Below, piece after piece: positions 33,784-45,211 of a stretch of 64,000 bases of DNA. The DNA is from Gammaproteobacteria bacterium (GTDB lineage: Bacteria; Pseudomonadota; Gammaproteobacteria; Eutrophobiales; Eutrophobiaceae), in assembly GCA_965207165.1 (NCBI GenBank), contig OZ242265.1, forward strand, positions 2,473,225-2,537,224. Reading direction: 5' to 3'. Numbering within the stretch: position 1 is the stretch's first letter; the number at the start of each line of letters is the position of its first letter. Made by a program: the position numbers and the translations under genes. Under the pieces are notes generated by a model. That model was given only the letters and a program-made list of their open reading frames with translations. It ran no database searches and was not told the DNA's origin.

Positions 33784-34159
33784 GGGGGAGTCAGCCTGTA
33801 AGCCGGGTTCTGTCGAGGACAATCATTCATCTGGGATGCATGTCACCATGCACCTCCTGCAGCCTACCCGGGGACAATGCGGGCCACATTATCGCCCCCT
33901 TATTTGGCCTTGCTCCAGGCGGGGTTTACCATGCCGTGCCTGTCTCCAGCCACGCGGTGCGCTCTTACCGCACCATTTCACCCTTACCCGGCCATTGTAA
34001 CAATGACCGGGCGGTATACTTTCTGTTGCACTTTCCGTCGGCTCGCGCCGCCCAGGAATTACCTGGCGCCCTGCCCCTGCGGAGCCCGGACTTTCCTCTG
34101 CCGAAACCGGAATTGATCAAAATCAATCCCTTCCAGCAGCGATTGCCCGGCTGACTCCC
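33784..34159 (-). ncRNA. rnpB: RNase P RNA (bacterial type A M1 RNA)
   Basis: The minus strand contains GGTAAGGGTGAAATGGTGCGGTAAGAGCGCACC, GGAGCAAGGCCAAATAAGGGG and AGGAAAGTCCGGGCTCC, which are the universally conserved regions of E. coli M1 RNA. The P1 helix pairs GGGAGTCAGCC with GGCTGACTCCC, and a U-run follows the 3' end. Length is about 376 nt. Confidence 0.85.
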
Positions 34160-34348
34160 GTTACCATATTAGGTTGGACCCACGCTGTTTTCAACTGTGC
34201 CGGGTGCACAGGCACCGGATGAGGTGAAAAACACACGTCTTGCAACAGCGGCCAGGGGATAATTTCCCGGACCTGCTTGTCTAAAACGGTAACGAGATCA
34301 TAATATGAATTCCCTGGACCCGTGAAGGCCTGGGTACAGACAGAAAAA

Positions 34349-35464
34349 ATGGATAGAGAATTGAAAAAGACGCCACTGTATGAACTGCATGGTGCGCATG
34401 GCGCCAGGTTCGTGGAATTTGCCGGTTACTCGATGCCGGTTCAGTACCGGAGAGGAATCAGGGAAGAACACCTCCATACCCGCAGCAGCGCCGGCCTGTT
34501 TGACGTCTCACACATGGGGCAGATCCGCCTTTCGGGCGCCGGTATCGAGAACGCCATGGAAAGACTGGTCACCGGCGACATCAGCGCCATGGCGCCGTTC
34601 CGGCAACGCTACACGCTGTTGACCAACCGGCAGGGTGGCATCATCGACGACCTGATGCTGACCAGGACCCCGGATTCTCTTTTCCTTGTGGTCAATGCCG
34701 CGTGCAAGGAGGCGGATTTCGCTTACCTGGAGAAGGCATTGGGCCCGGGTTACCGGCTGGAAATGCTGTCCGACCGCGCCTTGCTGGCGCTACAGGGTCC
34801 AAAGGCGGCAGATGTACTGGCCGGGTTAGTTCAAGGGTGCGAATCCATGCCGTTCCTGAGCGCCGTAGAGGCCGATCTTGACGGCGCGCCTTGTCTTGTC
34901 AATCGCTGCGGCTACACCGGGGAGGACGGGTACGAGATATCCGTCCCTTCCGTTCATGCCCGGAAGCTGGCTGAAACATTCCTGCAGGACCCGGCCGTGG
35001 AGCTAATCGGCCTGGGCGCCAGGGATACGTTACGGCTGGAGGCAGGCCTGTGTCTTTACGGCCATGACATCAATCCGGCAACAACCCCCGTGGAAGCAGG
35101 TTTAACGTGGGTGCTTGCAAAAAAATACCGCGGCGACGATGCCGTACCGGCGCAGTTCCCCGGGGCGGATATCATATTGCAACAGTTGCAGACGGGAACG
35201 GCACTGGTACGGCGCGGTTTTTCCTCACAGGGGAAGATACCTGTACGGGATGGCGCCGAGATATTGAACCACGGGCAGCGGGCGGTCGGCTGGATCACCA
35301 GCGGTGGTTACGGCCCCAGTATCGGCCAACCTGTGGCCATGGGCTATATCGAAAAGGAATACGCCGCTAATGGCACTGAATTGCAGGTGAAAATTCGTGA
35401 TCGTCTGCATGGCATCCGGATTGTTAATCTACCTTTTGTCAAACACCGGTATTACCAATTATGA
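34349..35464 (+). CDS. gcvT: Glycine cleavage system aminomethyltransferase (T protein)
   Basis: …KTPLYELH…ARFVEFAGYSMPVQY… is collinear with GcvT. The internal ATG of the listed ORF is used as the start. Confidence 0.85.
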   Translation: MDRELKKTPLYELHGAHGARFVEFAGYSMPVQYRRGIREEHLHTRSSAGLFDVSHMGQIRLSGAGIENAMERLVTGDISAMAPFRQRYTLLTNRQGGIIDDLMLTRTPDSLFLVVNAACKEADFAYLEKALGPGYRLEMLSDRALLALQGPKAADVLAGLVQGCESMPFLSAVEADLDGAPCLVNRCGYTGEDGYEISVPSVHARKLAETFLQDPAVELIGLGARDTLRLEAGLCLYGHDINPATTPVEAGLTWVLAKKYRGDDAVPAQFPGADIILQQLQTGTALVRRGFSSQGKIPVRDGAEILNHGQRAVGWITSGGYGPSIGQPVAMGYIEKEYAANGTELQVKIRDRLHGIRIVNLPFVKHRYYQL

Positions 35465-38352
35465 GCAAACTCGAACAACTCGAAATGCGCGGCGGTTTCA
35501 CACGCCGCCACATCGGCCCGGACAGGCACCAGATCCGTACAATGGTGGAGTACCTGCGTATGGATGAACTGGAACAGATTATCGACCGTGCCGTCCCCGA
35601 ATCGATCCTTACTGAACAGGCCCCTGCCCTGACCGGGACTATCAGCGAACGCGAAGTCGGTATCCGCTTGCGCAGGATGCGCAGAAGGAATCGCGTTTTT
35701 ACCTCCATGATAGGCATGGGTTACCACGACACCATCATGCCTGCCGTAATCAAGCGCAATGTCCTGGAGAATCCGGCATGGTATACGGCTTACACGCCAT
35801 ACCAGGCTGAGATCAGCCAGGGCCGGCTGGAAGCATTGCTGAATTTCCAGCAGATGATCACGGACCTGACCGGCATGGAGATAGCCAATGCTTCCATGCT
35901 TGACGAAGCCACGGCCGCGGCTGAGGCGATGAGTATGGCGAAACGAGTGGGCAGGAACAGCAGCAACCTGTTCTTTATCGACGAGGATTGCCATCCGCAG
36001 ACTATTGCTGTCGTGCAGACGCGGGCAAGTAATTTCGGCTACCGGACCATTACCGGTGATCCGCTCACCGGGCTCGAGAGCAAGGACGTATTCGGTGCGT
36101 TGTTCCAATACCCCGGCAGCAGCGGCGAAGTCAGGGACCTGCGTGAGCCGGCCAGGCTGGCCCATGAGCAGGGAGCCATTGTTTCAGTGGCCGCAGATAT
36201 CCTGGCCCTGGTACTGTTGACACCGCCCGGTGCAATGGGCGCTGATATCGTAGTGGGCAACTCCCAGCGTTTCGGAATGCCTATGGGTTACGGCGGCCCC
36301 CATGCGGCATTCTTCGCCACCAGGGAAAAATTCGTTCGCTCCATGCCCGGACGCATTATCGGCGTATCCGTGGATAACCTGGGCCATAAGGCATTGCGCA
36401 TGGCCTTGCAGACCCGCGAACAGCATATCCGCCGGGAAAAAGCCACCAGCAATATCTGCACGTCGCAGGTACTGCCGGCAGTGATCGCCGGATTTTACGC
36501 TATCTATTACGGACCCAAGGAGTTGCGCCTGATCGGGGAACGGGTCCACCGCCTGACCCAGGTGCTGGTTGCCGGGCTGCAACTGCTCGGCTTCAGCATC
36601 GCCAGCAGGCAGTATTTCGACACCATAAAGGTTTACGCTCCCAGCCGGGCTCGGCGTGTCGCCGCCAAGGCCCGTGAAGCCTCGATCAACCTGCGGGTTT
36701 ACGACGCGGATTACCTGGGGATAGCGCTGGACGAAACGACGACCCGCGAAGAATTGCTGACTCTCTGGGAAGTGTTCTCTAGCGCTGCAGGCCGGATACC
36801 GGACATTGCCACTCTGGATGCCTGCGTGGACGAATGCATCCCGGATCGGTTATTACGCAGCGACGGGATATTACAGCACCCCGTATTTGAGCTTTACCAC
36901 AGCGAGACCGAAATGATGCGTTACATGCGCTGGCTGGCGCGCCGTGATATTTCACTGGATCGCGCAATGATCCCCCTGGGCTCCTGCACCATGAAACTGA
37001 ACGCGGCCACGGAACTGGAAGCCCTGTCATACCGTGATTTCAATGCCATCCACCCGTTTGCGCCGCTGGACCAGGCGCAGGGTTACCTGCAGTTGTTCGA
37101 GGAACTGGAAGACATGTTGTGCGATCTCACGGGTTTTGACGCTTTTTCACTGCAACCGAATGCCGGTTCACAGGGGGAATACACCGGGTTGCTGGTTATC
37201 CGAAAGTACCAGGAAGTTCAGGGGCAGGGGCAACGCGATGTCTGCCTGATCCCCGCTTCGGCTCACGGCACCAACCCCGCCAGCGCCGTCATGGCCGGGT
37301 TGAAGGTGGTGGTGGTTGCCTGTGACAGTGACGGCAACATAGACCTGGGCGACCTGCGCGACAAGGCCGGACAGTACCGGGAGCGCCTGTCCGCCCTGAT
37401 GATCACGTACCCTTCCACGCACGGGGTCTATGAAGCGGGGTTTCATGATATCTGCGCGCTGGTACATGAAAACGGCGGCCAGGTTTACCTGGACGGCGCC
37501 AACATGAATGCCCTGGTCGGTATCGCCCGTCCGGCGGAGATGGGCGCTGATGTAATGCACATCAACCTGCACAAGACCTTTGCCATCCCCCATGGCGGCG
37601 GCGGGCCGGGTATGGGGCCGATCGGCGTGAAAGTACATCTTGCGCCTTACCTGCCCGGCCACCCCCTGGTGGAAGGCGTCAACCCCGCTGCAGGCCAATA
37701 CGGCACCGTCGGCACCGTCTCGGCAGCGCCCTGGGGTTCAGCCAGCATCCTGACCATCTCATGGGCTTATATCGCCATGATGGGCGCGCATGGATTGCGC
37801 CGGGCAACACTGGTTGCCATCCTGAGCGCGAACTACGTTGCCGCCCGGTTGCGGGAGTACTACCCGATCCTGTATACGGGAAAGAACGGCATGGTCGCCC
37901 ACGAGTGCATTCTCGACCTGCGCCCCATCAAGCAAGGTTGCAATGTCACGGTGGACGATATTGCCAAACGCCTGGTGGATTACGGATTTCATGCTCCGAC
38001 CATGTCTTTCCCGGTTCCCGATACCCTGATGATTGAGCCGACAGAAAGCGAGAACAAGCGCGAACTGGACCGCTTCTGCGATGCCATGATAGCCATTCGC
38101 AGGGAAATCAGCCTGGTCGAGTCGGGTCACTGGGACAAGGAAAACAACCCCTTGAAAAACGCGCCCCATACACACCAGTTGCTGCTTGAGTCCGACTGGA
38201 CCATGCCTTACAGCAAACAGGAAGCGTTTTATCCAATGGACACCATTCGGGATGACAAGTACTGGCCCCCGGTCAGCCGGGTGGACAACCTGCACGGCGA
38301 CAGGAATTTATTCTGCAGTTGCCCGCCGCTGGAAGACTATGCCACAGCGTGA
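35461..38352 (+). CDS. gcvP: Glycine dehydrogenase (decarboxylating), P protein
   Basis: 963 aa with a PLP-dependent GcvP signature throughout. It overlaps the gcvT stop, and no gcvH lies between them. Confidence 0.95.
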   Translation: MSKLEQLEMRGGFTRRHIGPDRHQIRTMVEYLRMDELEQIIDRAVPESILTEQAPALTGTISEREVGIRLRRMRRRNRVFTSMIGMGYHDTIMPAVIKRNVLENPAWYTAYTPYQAEISQGRLEALLNFQQMITDLTGMEIANASMLDEATAAAEAMSMAKRVGRNSSNLFFIDEDCHPQTIAVVQTRASNFGYRTITGDPLTGLESKDVFGALFQYPGSSGEVRDLREPARLAHEQGAIVSVAADILALVLLTPPGAMGADIVVGNSQRFGMPMGYGGPHAAFFATREKFVRSMPGRIIGVSVDNLGHKALRMALQTREQHIRREKATSNICTSQVLPAVIAGFYAIYYGPKELRLIGERVHRLTQVLVAGLQLLGFSIASRQYFDTIKVYAPSRARRVAAKAREASINLRVYDADYLGIALDETTTREELLTLWEVFSSAAGRIPDIATLDACVDECIPDRLLRSDGILQHPVFELYHSETEMMRYMRWLARRDISLDRAMIPLGSCTMKLNAATELEALSYRDFNAIHPFAPLDQAQGYLQLFEELEDMLCDLTGFDAFSLQPNAGSQGEYTGLLVIRKYQEVQGQGQRDVCLIPASAHGTNPASAVMAGLKVVVVACDSDGNIDLGDLRDKAGQYRERLSALMITYPSTHGVYEAGFHDICALVHENGGQVYLDGANMNALVGIARPAEMGADVMHINLHKTFAIPHGGGGPGMGPIGVKVHLAPYLPGHPLVEGVNPAAGQYGTVGTVSAAPWGSASILTISWAYIAMMGAHGLRRATLVAILSANYVAARLREYYPILYTGKNGMVAHECILDLRPIKQGCNVTVDDIAKRLVDYGFHAPTMSFPVPDTLMIEPTESENKRELDRFCDAMIAIRREISLVESGHWDKENNPLKNAPHTHQLLLESDWTMPYSKQEAFYPMDTIRDDKYWPPVSRVDNLHGDRNLFCSCPPLEDYATA

Positions 38353-38372
38353 CCGGCAGCGATAATGAGTAG

Positions 38373-38990
38373 TTAAAATTTGCGCCTGATCCAGTAATCC
38401 AGGCTGACGTACCTGCCGCCTCCCAGATAGAACAGGGCTGCGAGCATGATGAAGTAGGTTGCCGCCCATTCGATGCCGTTATTGGATACGATGAAGTTAC
38501 CGTGTTCCGTCAACCAGTTGTAGTTCCCGTGTTCCCTTAAAATGCTTTTTGCCCGGGACAGGCGCTCCAGTGCCTCGCCGGCATCAGCGGAGGCAAACGG
38601 GCTGCTCAGATCGTGAACGGCTTGCCAGCCGTGGCCGATATGTACTGTCGCCATCGCGACTATCATGGTCACCATCAGCGGGATGCAAACCCAGCGTGTA
38701 GCCAGGCCAAGGGCCAGGAGAATCGCGCCGACATATTCCGCACCCCAGGCCATGTAGGCGTTAAGGGCAGGAAACGGCAGTCCCAGGCCCCATTCCGCAT
38801 TACCGAACCACTCGATAACGGAGTCGAGAGAACTGCCTTCATCAAGCGGGTTCCATTTATTGTTGCCCGCAACCCAGAATACGGGAACCAGGTATAACCT
38901 GAGTAATACGGGACCAATGAAATCCAGGTTGCCCCTGATCCGGTCAAGTATTGCCTGTGCATGGCATGCCAGGGTGGTTGTGCCGTTCAT
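38373..38990 (-). CDS. DoxX-family membrane protein (start at the internal Met, MNGTTTL…)
   Basis: DoxX motif …LLRLYLVPVFWVAGxxK… with four predicted transmembrane helices. Confidence 0.55.
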   Translation of the reverse strand: MNGTTTLACHAQAILDRIRGNLDFIGPVLLRLYLVPVFWVAGNNKWNPLDEGSSLDSVIEWFGNAEWGLGLPFPALNAYMAWGAEYVGAILLALGLATRWVCIPLMVTMIVAMATVHIGHGWQAVHDLSSPFASADAGEALERLSRAKSILREHGNYNWLTEHGNFIVSNNGIEWAATYFIMLAALFYLGGGRYVSLDYWIRRKF

Positions 38991-39110
38991 CGCCTTTTCT
39001 CCTGCTGTTATTTTACTCAGACATTGAAAATCCGGAAAGCGCGCAATTTTCAATGATAAGCAAGAGCAGCACCCGGTTCAAGCACCGGCTCGTCCGCATT
39101 TCTCCGGCAA

Positions 39111-39983
39111 TCATTCCCGCGCGGGAGAGACAGGCAGGTCGATATCCTGCTGCAGGGCTACGGCCAGGTCGTATATTTCGTTCCTGCTGCCCCCCGTCAG
39201 TTCGGCCGCAATCCGTACACTCTGTTTCAAGGTCAGTGATTTGAGCAGAATTTCCAGGATTGCAGTCAATTCGGACTTGCCGGTTTTGCCGGCGCCGGCG
39301 CCGGCGATAACGACGACAAATTCACCGCGGCACCGGTCAGGGTCATCATTCATCCACTCGATCAATCCGCCCAATGTTCCGTGGCGTATCGTTTCAAACT
39401 TTTTTGTCAACTCCCGTGCGATAGTCGCCTTCCTGTCCGCGCCGAGGACCGATGAGGCATCGGCCAGGAAAGCCTTTATCCTGTGCGGGGCTTCATAAAA
39501 AACCATGGTGCGTTCTGCATCGGCCAGGGCCTGGAGATGCTTGCGGCGCGCCTCCGCCCTGGCGGGAGCAAAACCTTCAAACAGGAACCTCCCGGGAGCT
39601 ATTCCGGCAGCCGACAAAGCCGTTATCAACGCCGCGGGGCCGGGCACCGGACAGACGGTAATATTCTCTTCGTGGGCCTGCCTTACCAGCTTGAAACCGG
39701 GATCGCTGATCAGCGGGGTGCCGGCGTCTGCAACCAGGGCAATATCACAACCCCCGGCAAGACGGCTGATGACCTGCGCCGTCATACGATCCTCGTTGTT
39801 CTCGTGGAAGGCCTGTAGCGCGGTTCTGATGTTGAAAGAGCTCAGTAACTTGCGGCTGTGGCGAGTGTCTTCCGCCAGGACCAGGTCAACCTCGGAAAGG
39901 ATTCTTTGCGCGCGCGGGCCCAGATCCTCCAGGTTGCCGATAGGCGTTGCCACGATGTATAAGGTGCCGGATTGAGTTGCCAT
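39111..39983 (-). CDS. rsmI: 16S rRNA C1402 2'-O-methyltransferase RsmI
   Basis: N-terminal LYIVATPIGNLEDxxxRA…LAEDTRHS tetrapyrrole-methylase-like fold. It is divergent from lpoA, as in E. coli. Confidence 0.85.
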   Translation of the reverse strand: MATQSGTLYIVATPIGNLEDLGPRAQRILSEVDLVLAEDTRHSRKLLSSFNIRTALQAFHENNEDRMTAQVISRLAGGCDIALVADAGTPLISDPGFKLVRQAHEENITVCPVPGPAALITALSAAGIAPGRFLFEGFAPARAEARRKHLQALADAERTMVFYEAPHRIKAFLADASSVLGADRKATIARELTKKFETIRHGTLGGLIEWMNDDPDRCRGEFVVVIAGAGAGKTGKSELTAILEILLKSLTLKQSVRIAAELTGGSRNEIYDLAVALQQDIDLPVSPARE

Positions 39984-40162
39984 GAATATACTCGCTAAGA
40001 CCCAACTCTTTTATTTACCACAGAGGACACAGAGAACACAGCGTTTTTTGACCTCTGCACTCCGTGAGAATTAAGAAGCAGGAATCGAAACGAATGAATC
40101 GCAGTGGCAACTTACAGCATTTCAGTAGATGCATAAATAAAAATATGGCTTTTTAGCTTTCA

Positions 40163-40204
40163 GGGTGCACCCATTCCTAATTCGTAATTCCTAATTCGTA
40201 ATTT
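40163..40204. repeat. Second copy of the heptamer-repeat element: a GGGTGCACCC palindrome followed by (TTCCTAA/TTCGTAA)x4
   Basis: ttcctaattcgtaattcctaattcgtaatt is identical in unit and phase to the right arm at 9563-9594. It lies in the rsmI/lpoA divergent promoter region. Confidence 0.5.
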
Positions 40205-40249
40205 TCCATTCCAATGGCCTGCCATTCCTTTTGCCTATAGAATGAACCT

Positions 40250-42086
40250 ATGCGCGCGTTACTCAAGATTTTGCTCACTGTCATATTGTTGCAAGGCTGT
40301 ACGCTGGAGGTCAGGAAAGCCGCAACGCCCGTCGATGCGGAACAGGAAGCCAGGGAGTTGTTGAATGACGGCCGCTATCAACAAGCCGCCGGGGAATATC
40401 TGCGCCTGGCGGAATTATACCCGGAAAAAACCGGTTTCTACCGTTTGCAGGCCGCATCCGCCATGATTTCAATGCAGCGGACTGCCGAGGCCGCTGAACT
40501 ATTATCCACCATAACTCCGCAGGACGCGCACGGCAGGATACTGAAGACGCTGTTGCAGGCCGAACTTCACTTGCAGGAGAGACAGCCGGAAAAAACGCTG
40601 GAAACTCTGTCAGCGGATTTCCCGGATGTCATACCGGCTTCACTCCGGGCACGGCGCCATGAAGTCAGAGCCCTTGCCTACGAACAGCAGACAGATTTTA
40701 TCAACGCGGCAGCAGAACGCATCAGCTACGGCGCCTATCTGCTGCAACGTGACGACACAGACGCCAATACGGCGAAAATCTGGGAGACCCTGAACAAGGT
40801 CGACAAACAAGTGCTGCGGGAACTCCACCGCGCGCACCCGCAGGCACTCTCAGGCTGGCTGGAGCTTGCGCTCATCAACAGGACCATGCTGGCTGACCTT
40901 ACGGCATTGACCGGCGCGCTGGCAGCCTGGCAGGGTAGATATCCGGCGCATCCGGCCAATCCCGGTATCATCGGGCAGATGCGCGCCGCCGGCCGGAGCT
41001 ATGAGATACGGCCCCGCCAGATTGCCCTTTTATTGCCGTTGCGCGGGGGTTACCGCAAAGCCGCCGAAGCCATCAGGGACGGCTTTATCAGCGCCTGGTA
41101 CGACTCGGGCCAGGACAGACCCCTGATAAAGCTATACGAAGGGAACTCGTTGAACATTGAAAAGGTTTATTCACAGGCAGTGGCGGAAGGTGCGGATTTC
41201 ATCGTGGGACCACTGGAAAAACAGGCGCTGACGAGGTTATCTGCAATGGCGGACCTGTCCGTGCCCACACTGGCCCTGAACCGGGTCCAGCCTGTTGCCG
41301 ACATGCCGACCGGCGACAACGGGAACCTCGTCCCTGCCCTCATGCAATTCGGCCTGTCCCCGGAAGATGAAGCGCGCCAGGTTGCCGACCGGGCATTTGC
41401 GGACGGGCACAGCAGGGCCCTGGTCATTGTCCCGGACGACCAGTGGGGCAGGCGTCTGTACGATGCATTCCGGGAAAACTGGCTGGCGCAGGGCGGTACT
41501 ATACTTGAAAGAATTTACTACGACCCGCAAAGCAATGATTATTCCGCCCCGGTCACACAATTGCTGAATGTCGACAGCAGTGAATCCAGGGTGCGAAAAC
41601 TCCGGCAGGCCCTGAACCGGGGTCTTGAAAACCTGACACGCCGGCGCCAGGACGCGGACGTAATTTTCATGGCCGCATTTCCCATTGCCGGACGCCAGAT
41701 TATCCCGCAGTTACGCTTCCATGAAGCGGGAGGTATCCCGGTCTATGCGACGTCGCATATCTTTACCGGCAGCGTGAACCCACAGGCAGATATGGATATG
41801 GACGGTGTCATGTTTCCGGATTTGCCATGGATCCTGTCTCCTCATGATGGAAGCCCATCGATTAAGTCGCTGGTCAACGAAAATTTCCAGGCCGATACAT
41901 CCGTCTACCAGCGCCTGTATGCATTAGGGGTGGATGTCTTCCATCTGATCCCGAATCTGTACCGGCTGGCGTTCGATGATGACGCCCGCTTCAGTGGTGA
42001 GACGGGCCTGCTCAGCATGTCCGCGGGCGGCAGGATAAGCAGAAACTTACCCTGGGGTAAAATAATCAACGGCAAACCTGAACTGC

Positions 42087-42103
<17 letters not shown>
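40250..42103 (+). CDS. lpoA: Penicillin-binding protein activator LpoA (LppC), a lipoprotein
   Basis: Lipobox LLQGC, N-terminal TPR repeats and a C-terminal periplasmic-binding-protein fold. It sits upstream of yraN-diaA-dolP, as in E. coli. Confidence 0.8.
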
Positions 42104-43722
<1,619 letters not shown>

Positions 43723-43763
43723 AATTTTACATCCGTGTTAAGCAACAAGCCCTTGTGCGGGCG

Positions 43764-44402
43764 TCAGGCTGTCAAGCGCTCACACATGTCTCGTTCCGGT
43801 TCGGACATGCTGGACTGGAACGCAGCGCGGGCGAACAGTGATTCGGCATATTTCCGCAACGCCTTGGCGCCGGCGGGCAACCTGATGTTGTAGGCGCCCA
43901 GCCGCCATAACAACGGCGCCATACAGCAATCCACCAGGGTATAGTGCTCCGACATGAAATAGGGAAGCTGGGAAAACACCGGGTCGAGCGCCAGCAGGCT
44001 GTTGCGCAGGTCCCTCCTGGCGCCGGCTGCAGCAATTTCATTTTCGCTGTCCAGTTCTTCAGCCAGCCGGTACAGGTCCCGTGTAATCCGGTATCTCAAT
44101 TGCCTGTTAACCGCGCGTGACATTGGATCAACCGGCATCAGCGGCGGATGGGGAAAACGTTCATCCAGGTATTCCAGTATGATTTGAGCATCATACAGAA
44201 CGAGATCGCGGTCCACGAGGGTAGGCACCGTATTGTACGGATTCAATTCCGCCAGCTCTTCGGGAATAATCTCCTCATGGATATACTTGACCTCGGTAGC
44301 AATGTCTTTTTCCGCCAGGGCCAGGCGCACACTGTGGCTGAACGGGCCCGTCGCATCGGAGTACAAGACCATTACGGGGCCGCCGTTAACGGAGGCTGTC
44401 AT
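43764..44402 (-). CDS. sspA: Stringent starvation protein A
   Basis: GST-like protein collinear with E. coli SspA (…VPTLVDRDLVLYDAQIILEYLDERFPHPPLMP…). It lies downstream of petABC, as in Pseudomonas. Confidence 0.85.
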   Translation of the reverse strand: MTASVNGGPVMVLYSDATGPFSHSVRLALAEKDIATEVKYIHEEIIPEELAELNPYNTVPTLVDRDLVLYDAQIILEYLDERFPHPPLMPVDPMSRAVNRQLRYRITRDLYRLAEELDSENEIAAAGARRDLRNSLLALDPVFSQLPYFMSEHYTLVDCCMAPLLWRLGAYNIRLPAGAKALRKYAESLFARAAFQSSMSEPERDMCERLTA

Positions 44403-45211
44403 CGTACGTCGCGCCAGTATTCCCGCTTCAGCAGGTAGACCAGAACCAGCAATACAAGCAGATAGGTAATTGTCCAGGCGCCTATCTTATTGCGTTTGAG
44501 TTTGATGGGTTCTCCCAGGTAAACCATGAAGTTCACCAGATCGCTGATCGTCTCCTCGTAGCTTTCCTCCTGGTAGGGCTGCGGCTTTTCAACAGGCCCT
44601 GTCACAACTTCCAGGTGGTCGATCACCTTGCTCACCCTGCCGTCCTCGTGAACTTCTTCCTTATATACCGGTTCCTGCCAACCCTGCAGTTGCCAGAGCA
44701 CATGCGGCATGGCGGTATCCTCAAAAGCCAGGTTGTTGACGCCATTGGGGCGGGATGCGTCCCGGTAAAACGTCATCAGGTAAGTATACAACCAGTCTGC
44801 GCCGCGGGAACGGGCAGTAACGGACAGATCGGGTGGCGCCACGCCAAAATATTTCTCCGCTTCACGCCTGTTCAGCGCAACGGTCATGGTATCCCCGGTT
44901 TTATCGGTTCCGAACATGAAATTCTCCTTCAGGACGTCTTCGCTGATATGCAAGTCCCTGCCCAGGCGGTTATAGCGCATGAATGAGGCGGAATGGCAAC
45001 TCAGGCAATAGTTTACAAACGTTCGGGCGCCCCGTTGCAGTGATTTCCTGTCGGACAGGTCGACGTGGGCACGCAGGGTGTAACCACCCTCCCCGGCCGA
45101 CCAGCAGGGGTTTGCCAGCAGCAACAGCAGCAGAATGACAGGGGACGGAATTAAATTCCGCCCCCGTTTTGCCGGTTCCCGTTCCGGTATGGAGAAACGC
45201 GGATTGTTCAT
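44399..45211 (-). CDS. petC: Cytochrome c1 of the bc1 complex (start at the internal Met, MNNPRF, overlapping the petB stop)
   Basis: CxxCH haem-binding site (CLSCH), a signal peptide and a C-terminal transmembrane anchor. The longer listed ORF overlaps petB by about 340 nt and is rejected. Confidence 0.85.
   Translation of the reverse strand: MNNPRFSIPEREPAKRGRNLIPSPVILLLLLLANPCWSAGEGGYTLRAHVDLSDRKSLQRGARTFVNYCLSCHSASFMRYNRLGRDLHISEDVLKENFMFGTDKTGDTMTVALNRREAEKYFGVAPPDLSVTARSRGADWLYTYLMTFYRDASRPNGVNNLAFEDTAMPHVLWQLQGWQEPVYKEEVHEDGRVSKVIDHLEVVTGPVEKPQPYQEESYEETISDLVNFMVYLGEPIKLKRNKIGAWTITYLLVLLVLVYLLKREYWRDVR

Noticed and set aside
34160..34348. A possible glycine riboswitch upstream of gcvT
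   Set aside because: The conserved GGAGAG…ACCGAAGG…CAA core of the glycine riboswitch is absent, and only a short hairpin is present. Gammaproteobacterial gcv operons are usually under protein (GcvA/GcvR) control.
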